Part shown: positions 46,277 through 56,068 of the stretch, piece by piece
How the letters are laid out: the number at the start of each line of letters is the position of its first letter
How positions within the stretch are numbered: position 1 is the first letter of the stretch
DNA from: a bacterium
Lineage (GTDB): Bacteria; Patescibacteriota; Patescibacteriia; JBAXGH01
Reading direction: 5' to 3'
Length of the DNA stretch: 64,000 nucleotides
Assembly: GCA_037139515.1 (NCBI GenBank)
Contig: JBAXGH010000002.1
Coordinates: 17,727-81,726 of the forward strand
The notes under the pieces: generated by a model
What the model was told of the DNA's origin: nothing
Databases searched by the model: none
What the model saw: the letters and a program-made list of their open reading frames with translations, nothing else
Translations under genes and position numbers: made by a program

Positions 46277-47005
46277 CTATATCACAGGCTTGCTTCCCTC
46301 TTCAAATTCCGCGCCGTTTCCGGGAATATATTTCGGATGATAGATAAACACATCAAACCAAGCACGATAAAGCGCCGCTATTTCACGCACATACCGCATG
46401 AAATCGCCTTGATAGTCGCGCAGCGAAGCCGAAACGCCGACCGAATCGATGCCTGATTTTTCGCATAACCAAAGCGAACGATAAAGATGATAAGTCTGCG
46501 TCACAATGATAGCCTCATCGACTTTCCAAACCCGCTTCAAACGCAGACAGCTGTCATAAGTGCGGCGCCCGGCATAGTCGCGCAGAATCGCCGACTCCGG
46601 CACGCCGTTTGCGACAAGATATTTCGCCATCGCGACCGGTTCATTATAATCAACCGTACTATTATCGCCGGACACGATAATCTTTTTGATTTTATTATCT
46701 TTGTACAGTTTTACGGCTACATCCAAACGATCAGCGAGCATATCCGAAGGTTCGCCGCTCCGGTTGAGTCCAGCACCAAGTACGAGCGCATATTCGCGAG
46801 CCGAAACCGCACTTTTATCAACTATCCTGTCACGCGAAAAAATCACGATAAAAATCGGTGTAATCAGAAAAGCAACGAATAAACCGGCCGCGACGATTGC
46901 TAAGGCTATAATTTTATTGCTGATTTTTTCAAACATATAAAAATCATGACATAAAAAGACCGGTCTTTCAACCGGTTTCGCGAACCTTACGCATGATGAG
47001 TTCAT
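46277..47005 (-). CDS. SanA/YdcF-like DUF218 membrane protein
   Basis: N-terminal TM. LVLGAGLNRSGEPSDMLADRLDVAVKLY...IIVSGDN DUF218 pattern. Confidence 0.65.
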   Translation of the reverse strand: MNSSCVRFAKPVERPVFLCHDFYMFEKISNKIIALAIVAAGLFVAFLITPIFIVIFSRDRIVDKSAVSAREYALVLGAGLNRSGEPSDMLADRLDVAVKLYKDNKIKKIIVSGDNSTVDYNEPVAMAKYLVANGVPESAILRDYAGRRTYDSCLRLKRVWKVDEAIIVTQTYHLYRSLWLCEKSGIDSVGVSASLRDYQGDFMRYVREIAALYRAWFDVFIYHPKYIPGNGAEFEEGSKPVI

Positions 47006-47483
47006 CCGGACAGAATGACCGCTTCATGACGCGGACGCGCTTGAACCCGCACTTCTCGTAGCAGCGAATCGCCCGAGTATTCAGCGTAAAAACGCCAAGC
47101 TCGAGCTCGAACTCGTCTGGGAACATGCGGAAAAACCAATCGCAGGCCTTCAGGGTAGCGATCGTGCCGACGCCACGTCCCCAGAAATCCTTGTCGTGAA
47201 TCGCGATGTATATTTCGTAACGCCTGTGATGCGGCTTCAACTGGACGACGATGTGCCCAGCGATTTCCCCATCAACCAGAATCACAAAATCATGCATCTT
47301 CGGATTCGTGAGATGCTCCTCGAGCTTCGCAAAAACCTCCTGACTTGTGAGCTGAAATTGCCGCTCGGTTGTGAGCCTCATGATTTCCGGATCATTCCAG
47401 GCCGGAATGAACGCAGAGAAGTCCGCGCGCCGAAGCTTCCGAAGCCTCACTCGGCTCGGTTTTACTCTCTCACCTTTTTCCAT
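46968..47483 (-). CDS. GNAT family N-acetyltransferase
   Basis: HDKDFWGRGVGTIATLKACDWFF acetyl-CoA binding motif. Confidence 0.7.
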   Translation of the reverse strand: MEKGERVKPSRVRLRKLRRADFSAFIPAWNDPEIMRLTTERQFQLTSQEVFAKLEEHLTNPKMHDFVILVDGEIAGHIVVQLKPHHRRYEIYIAIHDKDFWGRGVGTIATLKACDWFFRMFPDEFELELGVFTLNTRAIRCYEKCGFKRVRVMKRSFCPDELIMRKVRETG

Positions 47484-47497
47484 ATCTCCTCCGTGGG

Positions 47498-48097
47498 TTA
47501 AAGTACTTCGTGGGAATCGCCGAGGGCGAATACCGCCTGACCGTCAGCGATTGCGATAACAGGATAATCTACCTGTTGCGAGAATTCATCAACCTCGGCC
47601 GCAAGACTTGGCTTGAAATGCGGAAAAACCGCGATGTTGGTGAAACCAAAACCGGTTAAATCTTCAAGCGCGATTTCGTTTTCGTCGCCTTCGGAACCAA
47701 AGCCGGCGAGTTCAATCGACCCGCTCGCGAGAATACTGCCGGCGCTCACGCCGATATACAAAGCTCCAGCTTTCACACGAGCCTGGATTTTTTCAACCCA
47801 ACCATGTTCGCGGAGCGCCGCGAGAATCGAAAAAGTATTTCCGCCGCAAACGAAAATCAGGCCGGCATCATCGAGCGCCGCGGCGCCGTTACCATTCGAG
47901 AGATTCACAATTGCAGTGTTGGTGATCCCCGCTTCCGCTAGCTGGTCTTCAATCAAAGCAAGCCAAGGGATTGACTCCGGCGTCACTCCGGAAGTAACAA
48001 TCGCCGCCCGACAGGTCTTCGGATCCGCGATAGATTTTTTGACCGCAGCAATAAGCGCTGGTTTATCGAGTCCCGATGATGTGAGAAGAAGTTTCAT
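47498..48097 (-). CDS. Peptidase S51 family (dipeptidase E-like)
   Basis: GLIFVCGGNTFSILAALREHGW...LYIGVSAGSILA (catalytic Ser in GxSAG). Confidence 0.7.
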   Translation of the reverse strand: MKLLLTSSGLDKPALIAAVKKSIADPKTCRAAIVTSGVTPESIPWLALIEDQLAEAGITNTAIVNLSNGNGAAALDDAGLIFVCGGNTFSILAALREHGWVEKIQARVKAGALYIGVSAGSILASGSIELAGFGSEGDENEIALEDLTGFGFTNIAVFPHFKPSLAAEVDEFSQQVDYPVIAIADGQAVFALGDSHEVL

Positions 48098-48100
48098 AGT

Positions 48101-49477
48101 TTACGGCTCGATACGATTCATAAGTCGCGGGAACGGAATCGTTTCGCGGACATGATGAGTGCCGGTAATCCAGGCGACCGTGCGTTCCAGGCCCAAACCG
48201 AAGCCCGAGTGCGGCACTGAACCATAGCGGCGCAAATCCAAATACCATTTGAAAGCCGAGAGTGGCAAACCGTGACCTTTGATGCGCTCTTCAAGAAGCG
48301 CTAAATCATCGATGCGCTGCGAGCCACCGGCGATTTCACCATACCCTTCCGGCGCCAGCATATCCGAATTCAAACAGAATCCAGGATCGTTCGCGTCCGG
48401 CTTCATGTAAAAAGCTTTGACTTCAATCGGATAGTGATGCACGAAAATCGGACGGTCGTACAAATTCGTGAGAATCGTTTCATCATCGGCACCAAAATCG
48501 TCGCCCATTTTCATGTCGCTTCCAAGCTCGCGAACTTTTGCAACGGCATCGCGATAATGAACCCGCGGGAAATTTCCTTCCACGGTTTTTTCGAGCTTCG
48601 TGATATCGCGACCGAGTAATTTTAAATCCTCAAGCGAAGCGCCGAGAACATGCTTCACGACCGAAACCATCATATCTTCCTGAAGCTGCATGTCGCCGCT
48701 CAAATCCATGTAGCTAGCTTCAGCTTCAAGCATCCAAAACTCGGTTAAGTGGCGACGAGTTTTTGATTTTTCAGAGCGGAAAGTCGGACCAAAACAATAA
48801 GTTTTGCCGAGAGCCGCCGAAGTTGCTTCCTGATAAAGCTGGCCGGACTGCGAAAGATAAGCTTTGGTATCAAAATAAGTCACTTCGAAAAGCTCGCTGG
48901 TGCCTTCGCAAGCGTTCGGCGTGAAAATCGGCGAATCCTGCAAAATAAACTGGCGCTCATAGAAAAACTTACGCAAAGCAAATTCGATTTCGTTACGAAC
49001 ACGCATCATCGCCGCTTGAGTTTCACTTCGAAGCCAAAGATGGCGCATATCGTGCAAAAACTCCGGACCATGTTCTTTTTTGCCAATCGGATATTCTTCC
49101 GACTTCGACACAAGCGTGATATTTTTTCCCATGACTTCAAAACCCGACGGCGCACGAGGCTCAGCTTTAACCGCGCCTTCAACAATCACCGAAGATTCGA
49201 TGGTGGTATTCTGAATTGCTTCCCAGGTTTTTTCATCGACTTCGGCCTTGGAATAGACAGCCTGAACGCGACCGGAACCGTCGCGAAATTGCACAAAAGC
49301 AATCTTGCCGGACGAGCGGATATTATAAGCCCAGCCCTTCAAAGTAACGGTTTCGCCGACATGTTTTGATAGGTCTTTTACTGATATTTCCATATAGTTT
49401 GAGTTGACAAGAACTCTATCAAATATGACTAAAACAAAAAAGACCCCCATCACGAGGGTCAGAGAATCCCGAGACAC
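48101..49477 (-). CDS. asnS: Asparaginyl-tRNA synthetase
   Basis: Class IIb aaRS. Motif 2 FRSEKSKTRRHLTEFWMLEAE. Motif 3 GFGLGLERTVAWITG. Confidence 0.85.
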   Translation of the reverse strand: MSRDSLTLVMGVFFVLVIFDRVLVNSNYMEISVKDLSKHVGETVTLKGWAYNIRSSGKIAFVQFRDGSGRVQAVYSKAEVDEKTWEAIQNTTIESSVIVEGAVKAEPRAPSGFEVMGKNITLVSKSEEYPIGKKEHGPEFLHDMRHLWLRSETQAAMMRVRNEIEFALRKFFYERQFILQDSPIFTPNACEGTSELFEVTYFDTKAYLSQSGQLYQEATSAALGKTYCFGPTFRSEKSKTRRHLTEFWMLEAEASYMDLSGDMQLQEDMMVSVVKHVLGASLEDLKLLGRDITKLEKTVEGNFPRVHYRDAVAKVRELGSDMKMGDDFGADDETILTNLYDRPIFVHHYPIEVKAFYMKPDANDPGFCLNSDMLAPEGYGEIAGGSQRIDDLALLEERIKGHGLPLSAFKWYLDLRRYGSVPHSGFGLGLERTVAWITGTHHVRETIPFPRLMNRIEP

Positions 49478-50010
49478 ATCGCTTTCCCGATCGCGAAGAC
49501 CGTCTTGCCGTCGTCGATCAGACCGTTCCCGATCATTTCTTTGACTGCGAAGATCGGCAACACCAAGTTTTCAATCATGCCTTCGTCGTGCGGATCAAGC
49601 GTCGGATTCGCGACCGAAGAAAGCCTCCGAGCCACGAATATCTCGCAGAAAAGATCGGAGCGACCATTGCTCGCATACACCCGTCCGAGTTCTTGCCAAT
49701 CTTCCGCCCGTAGCCTCGTCTCCTCCTCCAGTTCGCGCTTCGCAGCGGCGAGCGAATCCTGCCCGTCAGTACCACCCATCGGCAGCTCAATCGTGAACTT
49801 GTTAATTGAGTAGCGATGCTGTTTCACGAGGCACAGGCAGCCATCATCAGTGATAGGGATGATGACGACAGCGTGACTCGAAGACCGCACGATCGAGTAA
49901 ACGCCGTCTTTCCCCGCCGGAGTCATGACCTTGTCGGTCGTGACCTGAAAATATCCGCCAAAATCATGAGTACTGACACGCGAGACCTTAGTCCATGGTT
50001 TAATTCCCAA
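49459..50010 (-). CDS. NUDIX hydrolase (ADP-ribose pyrophosphatase-like); start set at TTG 50010 with GGGAGG RBS (ORF track ATG is at 50097)
   Basis: Nudix box GGTDGQDSLAAAKRELEEETRLRAED. Confidence 0.7.
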   Translation of the reverse strand: MGIKPWTKVSRVSTHDFGGYFQVTTDKVMTPAGKDGVYSIVRSSSHAVVIIPITDDGCLCLVKQHRYSINKFTIELPMGGTDGQDSLAAAKRELEEETRLRAEDWQELGRVYASNGRSDLFCEIFVARRLSSVANPTLDPHDEGMIENLVLPIFAVKEMIGNGLIDDGKTVFAIGKAMCLGIL

Positions 50011-50156
50011 AGAACACCTCCCTGTGGTTGACCCGCAAAACCTTAGCCGAAAATGCTCGGATAAGCAAATATTAAATGAACACCAATTCTGAACCACGCA
50101 GACCTTGACAAGCTAGGTAAAACATGCTAATTTAGCCAAATCCACGAGGAGGAAAG

Positions 50157-50609
50157 ATGATCACGAAAACAAACTTCATTTTCGGAGTTTACGAGCGCCG
50201 ACTTCCAAGTCACGAATTGCCAGAAGAGGTAAAAAAAGAAATCGATCGCCTCGCGTCAACACCACTGATTTGGCCAAAAACAGAGCACATTGGCCCATGC
50301 GGCTGGAAAAAAGACCTGAAGAGCGAATGCCACTATCCACCATGCGATGACGACCGACTAGAGATTCTGCAAAAGACCCATCACTTTCCACACAAAAATC
50401 ATCTCGGCGGAAAAGTTCCGTTTGTCTATCGAATTCAGGACGAAATCACGCGAGATCGAAAAACCGGAGAGATCCTTGAAAGAAGTATCGGCAATGTAAC
50501 GGTGAATTATGCTCCGCATAGCGATACAATGTGCCCAATCTGTGGAGCGGATTACGGAATTGAGAGCGAAAACAAATGGGGATCTTGTTGGCGCTGTTAC
50601 GCAAACTGA
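50157..50609 (+). CDS. Hypothetical Cys-rich protein (150 aa)
   Basis: GAGGAGG RBS. C-terminal MCPICGADY...WGSCWRCYAN zinc-ribbon-like motif. Confidence 0.5.
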   Translation: MITKTNFIFGVYERRLPSHELPEEVKKEIDRLASTPLIWPKTEHIGPCGWKKDLKSECHYPPCDDDRLEILQKTHHFPHKNHLGGKVPFVYRIQDEITRDRKTGEILERSIGNVTVNYAPHSDTMCPICGADYGIESENKWGSCWRCYAN

Positions 50610-50738
50610 AGAGTGTTATATCCGCGAGTCCTAACGGCCTCGCTTTTTAAATTATAATCATCCGTATTCACTTGGTTAACTTTTTTTCACGGATGATATA
50701 ATCAAGCTCAAGCACACTAATAAACTTCAATCCCAAAT

Positions 50739-51779
50739 ATGTCAGTGACTGAACATAGCCATACAGAAATAAATCAAGGCGCTTTAATGGAATCATCAAA
50801 TCTCGAAAAAGAATACTTTGAAAAATCCCGTGAAACTCTTCGCTATGGGATCATGGAATTATCAAGAACTCTAGACGAAATCCTCAACCGAGACCACGAG
50901 CTACCAACCGCGATCATTTTTCCAGAAACAACTTCACGCCCACTTAGGTATGCAATTGAACCAATCATCGAGCACGTCTACCGAAAAGCGGGCCAAGCAA
51001 AGCCAAAGGAATATTTCTTCAAAACTTTCTCCGCGCATCACGAAGATGATGATTTTCGTGAACTTGCAAAAACCACCTCAGCAGAATTCTCTAAATACGA
51101 AGCCGAGCGCAACAAGTTAGAGGCTATTAGAAAACAAGAGCTCAAGCGCGTGAGCTCGTTGAACCTAGACAAAAATGCAAGCAAACGCCACAGCGACAAT
51201 CTTCAGGATCTTCAAGAAAGCATAAATGTTTTGACGACCAAAATCGGTAAAATGCGAAACGAATGGAGTGAGTTAGAAAAAATTGGCGCTACAGGCAAGA
51301 TACATAACGAACGCATGAAGGAAATACTACAGCGCACCAAGACAGGTTCGCTACTTATTGTTGACGACGTTTTTATCAGAGGAAGAACGTTTAATACTAT
51401 TCGATCTAGCTTAATCGATAATGCCGCGGAAAAACGAGCAAATTATTTTGCCTTTCTTGGCACCGCACATACTTTTGACGAATCATATTTATCGCCAGAT
51501 CAGCTTTCGATAGGAGTTTTACTTGGCGAACCAAAGCACCACATGGATCGAGTCGGCAAAAAGATTCCCTGGAAAGATTATTCGGAAGCATGGTTAATGA
51601 TGCAGAACCTAGGTTTTCCATTTCGTTATAACAAAGAAGCCTCAACCGGCGTCATTAAGAATCAAGCTTCAACCTCGCGATATGTTGAAATTTCCAAGGA
51701 AGCTGATCCAAAAAAAATGCGTGAAGTACGCGAACAATACCGAAAATTAGGCGAAACGGCAGCCGCGAAACTCAAATAA
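50739..51779 (+). CDS. Hypothetical protein with coiled-coil N-terminal half and PRTase-like motif
   Basis: LLIVDDVFIRGRTFNTIRS resembles the phosphoribosyltransferase PRPP-binding loop. -10-like TGATATAAT sits upstream. Confidence 0.45.
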   Translation: MSVTEHSHTEINQGALMESSNLEKEYFEKSRETLRYGIMELSRTLDEILNRDHELPTAIIFPETTSRPLRYAIEPIIEHVYRKAGQAKPKEYFFKTFSAHHEDDDFRELAKTTSAEFSKYEAERNKLEAIRKQELKRVSSLNLDKNASKRHSDNLQDLQESINVLTTKIGKMRNEWSELEKIGATGKIHNERMKEILQRTKTGSLLIVDDVFIRGRTFNTIRSSLIDNAAEKRANYFAFLGTAHTFDESYLSPDQLSIGVLLGEPKHHMDRVGKKIPWKDYSEAWLMMQNLGFPFRYNKEASTGVIKNQASTSRYVEISKEADPKKMREVREQYRKLGETAAAKLK

Positions 51780-52479
51780 AAATACTCGGGTAGGCAATCT
51801 CCAATCGAAATTGAAAATGCTCCGCAAGTGCATGAGAAAACTCCGCGAGTTCGCGCCCATTCCAGTTTCCTGTATACGGTTTGCCTAAAAATCCGCGCAA
51901 CGAATCGCTCGCCGACGTGCCGCGGCTCTTAGCACAGGTTTCGCAGAAAAAAGTTCCGGCCATCGGTACAAATCTCGCCGTACCGGTGAAATTTTTGTGA
52001 CAGGCACTGCATTTTTCAAGTGAGCCGTTATAGCCAAGCTCACCGAGCAGTGACCAATAAAAATGAATCTCGCGCGCAAACAAAGCCGTCGTCGTATCTG
52101 ATTGATGCGCCGCAATATCAAATAATAATTTCTTGAGCATTTCAAAAATCTCGCCCTCACCTTCTTCCTCGCGCATAATCCGGGCGATGGTTTTTCGCGC
52201 CGCATCCGCAAGCAGTCGCGCTTCAAGAGTCGCGATCCGCAAAGGTTCGACCATCTCGGCCGAAGCCAAAATATAACCGGCGCGCCCGCGAACCAGCATG
52301 ATATCGACGACGCCGAACCCCTCAACGTGAGGTCGAACTTTAGCCTTAGGCTTAGATGCCCCGCGAGCCCGAGCGCGTATCAGGCCATGTTCCAAAGTAA
52401 GCAAAGTATACAAACGATCGTGCTCCTCATAAGGAACACGATCAAGGACAATGGCAGTAACGCGTTCTGTCTGCGCCAT
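51772..52479 (-). CDS. recO: DNA repair protein RecO
   Basis: N-terminal OB fold (TERVTAIVLDRVPYEEHDRLYTLLT). C-terminal Cys4 zinc finger (CSACHKNF...CETC). Confidence 0.75.
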   Translation of the reverse strand: MAQTERVTAIVLDRVPYEEHDRLYTLLTLEHGLIRARARGASKPKAKVRPHVEGFGVVDIMLVRGRAGYILASAEMVEPLRIATLEARLLADAARKTIARIMREEEGEGEIFEMLKKLLFDIAAHQSDTTTALFAREIHFYWSLLGELGYNGSLEKCSACHKNFTGTARFVPMAGTFFCETCAKSRGTSASDSLRGFLGKPYTGNWNGRELAEFSHALAEHFQFRLEIAYPSIFI

Positions 52480-52622
52480 GTGTGTGTTTTTTCTTTTTCC
52501 CTCTCAACCGGAAGCGCCGAAAAAGTAGTACAGCTTCTGAATGAATCACTTGCCGCCGGGCTATGCGCCCCCCTCTAGCCCGCCGGCAAGTGATTCTTCG
52601 AAGCTGTGCTATGTGCCCATCC

Positions 52623-53045
52623 CTATGCTTCCGCCTCTTCCCCTTCTTCATTATCGAATTCGCCATCGCCAGATGAAAAATATTCATCGAGTATCATAGC
52701 TGCCGCAACCGCATCAGTGTCCCCGCCGGAAATGCGCGTCACACCCGCCGCCGCCTTGGTTGTAAGATATTCATCAACCGTTGCGACCGGAACTTCAACC
52801 CGCGATTTCAAATCTTTTACGAATTCTTCCACCTTCTTGGACTGCATGGTTTCCTCGCCGTTCTCGTTCAGTGGCAAACCGACGATTACCTTCGTGATAT
52901 CTTCCATCTCAATCAAATCCAGCAACTCGCCGATCAAATCTTCGCCCGTCGAAGTGAGCGTATCCATCGGAGTTGCGATTTTCGTAACCGTGTCGCCGAG
53001 CGCTAGACCAGTACGTTTCCCGCCGTAATCAATTCCAAGAATCAT
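52623..53045 (-). CDS. ruvX: Holliday junction resolvase-like YqgF/RuvX
   Basis: MILGIDYGGKRTGLALGD N-terminus. Confidence 0.85.
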   Translation of the reverse strand: MILGIDYGGKRTGLALGDTVTKIATPMDTLTSTGEDLIGELLDLIEMEDITKVIVGLPLNENGEETMQSKKVEEFVKDLKSRVEVPVATVDEYLTTKAAAGVTRISGGDTDAVAAAMILDEYFSSGDGEFDNEEGEEAEA

Positions 53046-53157
53046 ATGAAAGAAAGAAATTTAGAGCTTCGCGGGAGCTACAAAAAACGTCCCCCTGAAA
53101 CAGTTCGAAAGATAGCAGATTATTAGAAACAAGCAAGCCTGTGGATAGGTCTATACC

Positions 53158-53934
53158 TTATACCACAAAAGGTGTCAAAAGTTCGTATCCGTCGTCCGTG
53201 ACTACGATTGTAACCTCAAAATGCGCAGAAGGCGTGCCGTCGCGAGATACCACCGTCCAGCCATCGTCCAAATGATCGACGCGCGAATCACCGCCCATGA
53301 TAATCATGGGCTCGATGGCAATTGTCATGCCAGTTTCAAGCTTTCCCTTCGCACCCGGTTCATCATAATTCGGAATACTCGGGGCCTCGTGCAAATCATT
53401 TCCAACGCCGTGCCCGACATAATCGCGCACGATTCCGTAACCGAACGGTTTTAGATTTTCCTGAATAGCTTTGCCGATGGCGCGCACCGAAGCTCCGTTT
53501 TTGATTTGAGCTAAACCGACGCGCAGAGCTTCGTAGGTTCGCGACATCAAAAGCTGTTTTTCGCGCGAAACTTTTCCGCATGGAACCGTGACCGCCATGT
53601 CAGTCGCCATGCCTTCAAACCAGGCACCGATATCAAGCCCGACGATATCGCCTTCCTCAAGCACAATTTCGCGATTCCCGGGACCATGAATTACTTCTTC
53701 GTTCACCGAAACACAAACCGTCGACGGAAAACCGGCTTGATGCGCCACTTGGGTATAGTTCAAAAACGAAGGCATAGCGCCGAGCGAGCGCATCTTGGCT
53801 TCCGCTGCCGCATCAACCTCCTTAAGCGTCGCCCCGGGCTTCACAGCGCGAACAGCGGCACGCAAAGACTCGGCGAGGATGGCCCCACCGTGCTTCATGG
53901 CTGTGATTTCTTTCGTGGTTTTGATTTTCCCCAT
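53158..53934 (-). CDS. map: Methionine aminopeptidase type I
   Basis: DYVGHGVGNDLHEAPSIPNY and metal ligands. Confidence 0.9.
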   Translation of the reverse strand: MGKIKTTKEITAMKHGGAILAESLRAAVRAVKPGATLKEVDAAAEAKMRSLGAMPSFLNYTQVAHQAGFPSTVCVSVNEEVIHGPGNREIVLEEGDIVGLDIGAWFEGMATDMAVTVPCGKVSREKQLLMSRTYEALRVGLAQIKNGASVRAIGKAIQENLKPFGYGIVRDYVGHGVGNDLHEAPSIPNYDEPGAKGKLETGMTIAIEPMIIMGGDSRVDHLDDGWTVVSRDGTPSAHFEVTIVVTDDGYELLTPFVV

Positions 53935-53963
53935 AATGTTTTCCTGCGGCCTACGGCCTTTTT

Positions 53964-54644
53964 CTATTCCCGAGCCTTCTCGATTCCGCAGCTCCGTTTA
54001 AGTTCAAGCACGATTGCTTCGTGCACCTCAACGATAGGCTGCTCGCCGTTTACACGAGCCACAATACCCTGTTTCTGGTAATAGTCAATAATCGGTTCAG
54101 TCTCTTTGTGATAGGTCTGTAAACGATCGCGAATCGCATCCGGTTCGTCATCTTTTCGCTTCGTTAAAGCAGCGCCGTCTTTATCACAAATTCCCGCCGT
54201 AGCCGGAGGCAGTGAAACCTCGTTATAATTTTTTCCGCACTTCGAACAAACCAAGCGACGCGAAAGTCGGTTCACCGATTCGATGTCGGAAATATCAATC
54301 GCAACGAGAGCATCAACATGCGCGATTTCATCAAGCGCTTCGGCCTGAATCAGATCGCGCGGATAGCCATCTAAAATAATACCGTCGGCGTGCTCCGGTT
54401 GCTTCAACTGCGCGGCGATAATTGCATTTGTAATATCCTGATTAACTAGCTTCCCGGAATCAACATCAGCGGCAATCTTTTTGCCGAGCTCAGTTCCGGC
54501 TTTGATTTCCGCACGCAAAAGCGAGCCGATGGAAACGCTCGGAATTCCGAAGTGATCGGTCAGATACTCGGCCTGAGTTCCCTTTCCGGCGCCCTGGGGA
54601 CCAAGCAGAACCATGATGATTTGTTTCATACTTATTTTAGACAA
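53964..54644 (-). CDS. adk: Adenylate kinase with zinc-binding LID
   Basis: LLGPQGAGKGTQA P-loop. LID CSKCGKNYN...C.D. The true start is probably the internal MKQIIM. Confidence 0.85.
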   Translation of the reverse strand: MSKISMKQIIMVLLGPQGAGKGTQAEYLTDHFGIPSVSIGSLLRAEIKAGTELGKKIAADVDSGKLVNQDITNAIIAAQLKQPEHADGIILDGYPRDLIQAEALDEIAHVDALVAIDISDIESVNRLSRRLVCSKCGKNYNEVSLPPATAGICDKDGAALTKRKDDEPDAIRDRLQTYHKETEPIIDYYQKQGIVARVNGEQPIVEVHEAIVLELKRSCGIEKARE

Positions 54645-54675
54645 AATAAAAAAGTGACCTGTACTTGTATCACAT

Positions 54676-55497
54676 CTAGAACAATACCGCGAGCACCGTG
54701 CAGACAGTAATCCCCAGCATCAAAAATGGCAGCGCCGGAAGAGGATGTTGCTTTTTTCCGGATAAAAACGTCGCAACCAGCACCAGAAAACCGGCCAGAG
54801 TTCCAACTATCACCGCGGCCGCCAAATTGGTGGTCGGCGCTGTTGCAACCAGAATCGCCGGCAACGCGATATCTCCACCACCCAGAAAAACAGCCGAGGA
54901 GCCGGGTTCGAATCTGGCTACATGCTCGAAGTTCGCCGTGAGCCTATGCGGCATTACAAATACCACCGGCAAGTGCTTGCTAATAACAGTCTTAGCCATC
55001 GCGACCATGTGATGTGTGATATTAACCGCCACAATATCGTAAACCGCAAGAATCGCGAGCAGTCCAAAAGCCACCGGGAAAGAAATCATCGATCCGAATT
55101 GCGCGGCGACCCCGGCGAGCGCGAGCGCCAAAACCAAGTTTTGAGAAAAAACCCGTGGCGAGAAAAATAGCAGACTGGCGGCGAGCGGAATCATCATGAA
55201 AGCCGCCGGCAATGGCCAAATCATCGAAAACAGCGAGAAGGTTCCGTAAATCAAAGCAAAATAAACCAACCCCGAGTACACCCGAATGAAAGCCTTCACT
55301 TTTGCGAGCAATAACACGAACAGCGTAGCAAGCGCGAAAGCCGAAAGCGCCACAAGTCCAGCATAAGCCTCGCGACCGTCAGCCACCGGAATCAAATGCC
55401 CGCGAGTCGCGAAAACGAAAAGCGCCGTGGTCAAAAACCACCCGGCAGTTTGAGTATAAAACGAGACACCGATAGAAACAGCCTCCTCCCGAGTCAT
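54676..55497 (-). CDS. Presenilin/signal-peptide-peptidase-like GxGD intramembrane aspartyl protease (A22-like)
   Basis: Polytopic protein with LAVYDIVAV (YD), FLGGGDIALP (GxGD) and HPLPALPF (PAL) in the canonical order and spacing. Confidence 0.5.
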   Translation of the reverse strand: MTREEAVSIGVSFYTQTAGWFLTTALFVFATRGHLIPVADGREAYAGLVALSAFALATLFVLLLAKVKAFIRVYSGLVYFALIYGTFSLFSMIWPLPAAFMMIPLAASLLFFSPRVFSQNLVLALALAGVAAQFGSMISFPVAFGLLAILAVYDIVAVNITHHMVAMAKTVISKHLPVVFVMPHRLTANFEHVARFEPGSSAVFLGGGDIALPAILVATAPTTNLAAAVIVGTLAGFLVLVATFLSGKKQHPLPALPFLMLGITVCTVLAVLF

Positions 55498-55504
55498 GAC
55501 ACCA

Positions 55505-55921
55505 TTATATCAAACCACGGAAACGCCGACGCTCTATCTTCAAAATCCGCTCGTGGAACTCATCAAATTTTTTATAAACTTGGTCAGTAATCATCTCAGA
55601 GGCTCGATATCGTTCATCAATCACATCAAATCGATGTTCGAACTCATCGAATCTTTGATCAATATCACGAAACCGCTCGTCGTTTTGGTCGAAGCGCCGG
55701 TCATGCTCCGCGAGCTTTGCGTGAACTTTCACAAACTCACCATCGTGCTCCTCCAGTTTCTTGAATATCAAAGCATGCTCCACGTCGTTTTTATCAAAAC
55801 GCTCGTGCATGTGCGAGAAGCCCTGTTCCATCAGACTTGCCAAATCATCAACCTTGCTACCAAGATTGTTTAAATTATAAGCCAAGCCTTCGATCTTAAC
55901 CGCCACGTCTTCAATTTTCAT
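55505..55921 (-). CDS. Coiled-coil protein with RFD/ERFD repeats (hypothetical)
   Basis: AAGGAGGG RBS before MKIEDV. Repeats HERFDKND, DRRFDQNDERFRDIDQRFDEFEHRFDVIDERYR. Confidence 0.45.
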   Translation of the reverse strand: MKIEDVAVKIEGLAYNLNNLGSKVDDLASLMEQGFSHMHERFDKNDVEHALIFKKLEEHDGEFVKVHAKLAEHDRRFDQNDERFRDIDQRFDEFEHRFDVIDERYRASEMITDQVYKKFDEFHERILKIERRRFRGLI

Positions 55922-56068
55922 TTTTCCCTCCTTCATATTTATGATTATGGGAATATATTTTTCCCTCGGTCAAGAGTCACATTTGCGAGCGTTTTCAAAA
56001 TCGTGTGGATAAAAAATGACGCGATGCTGACTTGCAACACCACGCCGCCTAAACACCATCATTACTCG

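Noticed and set aside
47613-48155. 180-aa plus-strand ORF antisense to the peptidase S51 gene
   Set aside because: The minus-strand product has the conserved GxSAG catalytic motif. The plus ORF is Ala/Ser-rich antisense.
56013-56021. Perfect DnaA-box TGTGGATAA (also near-matches at 34407 and 37285)
   Set aside because: These are isolated single boxes without clustering or an AT-rich unwinding element, so they are not sufficient to call an origin. The parA region near-match is noted under findings only as context.
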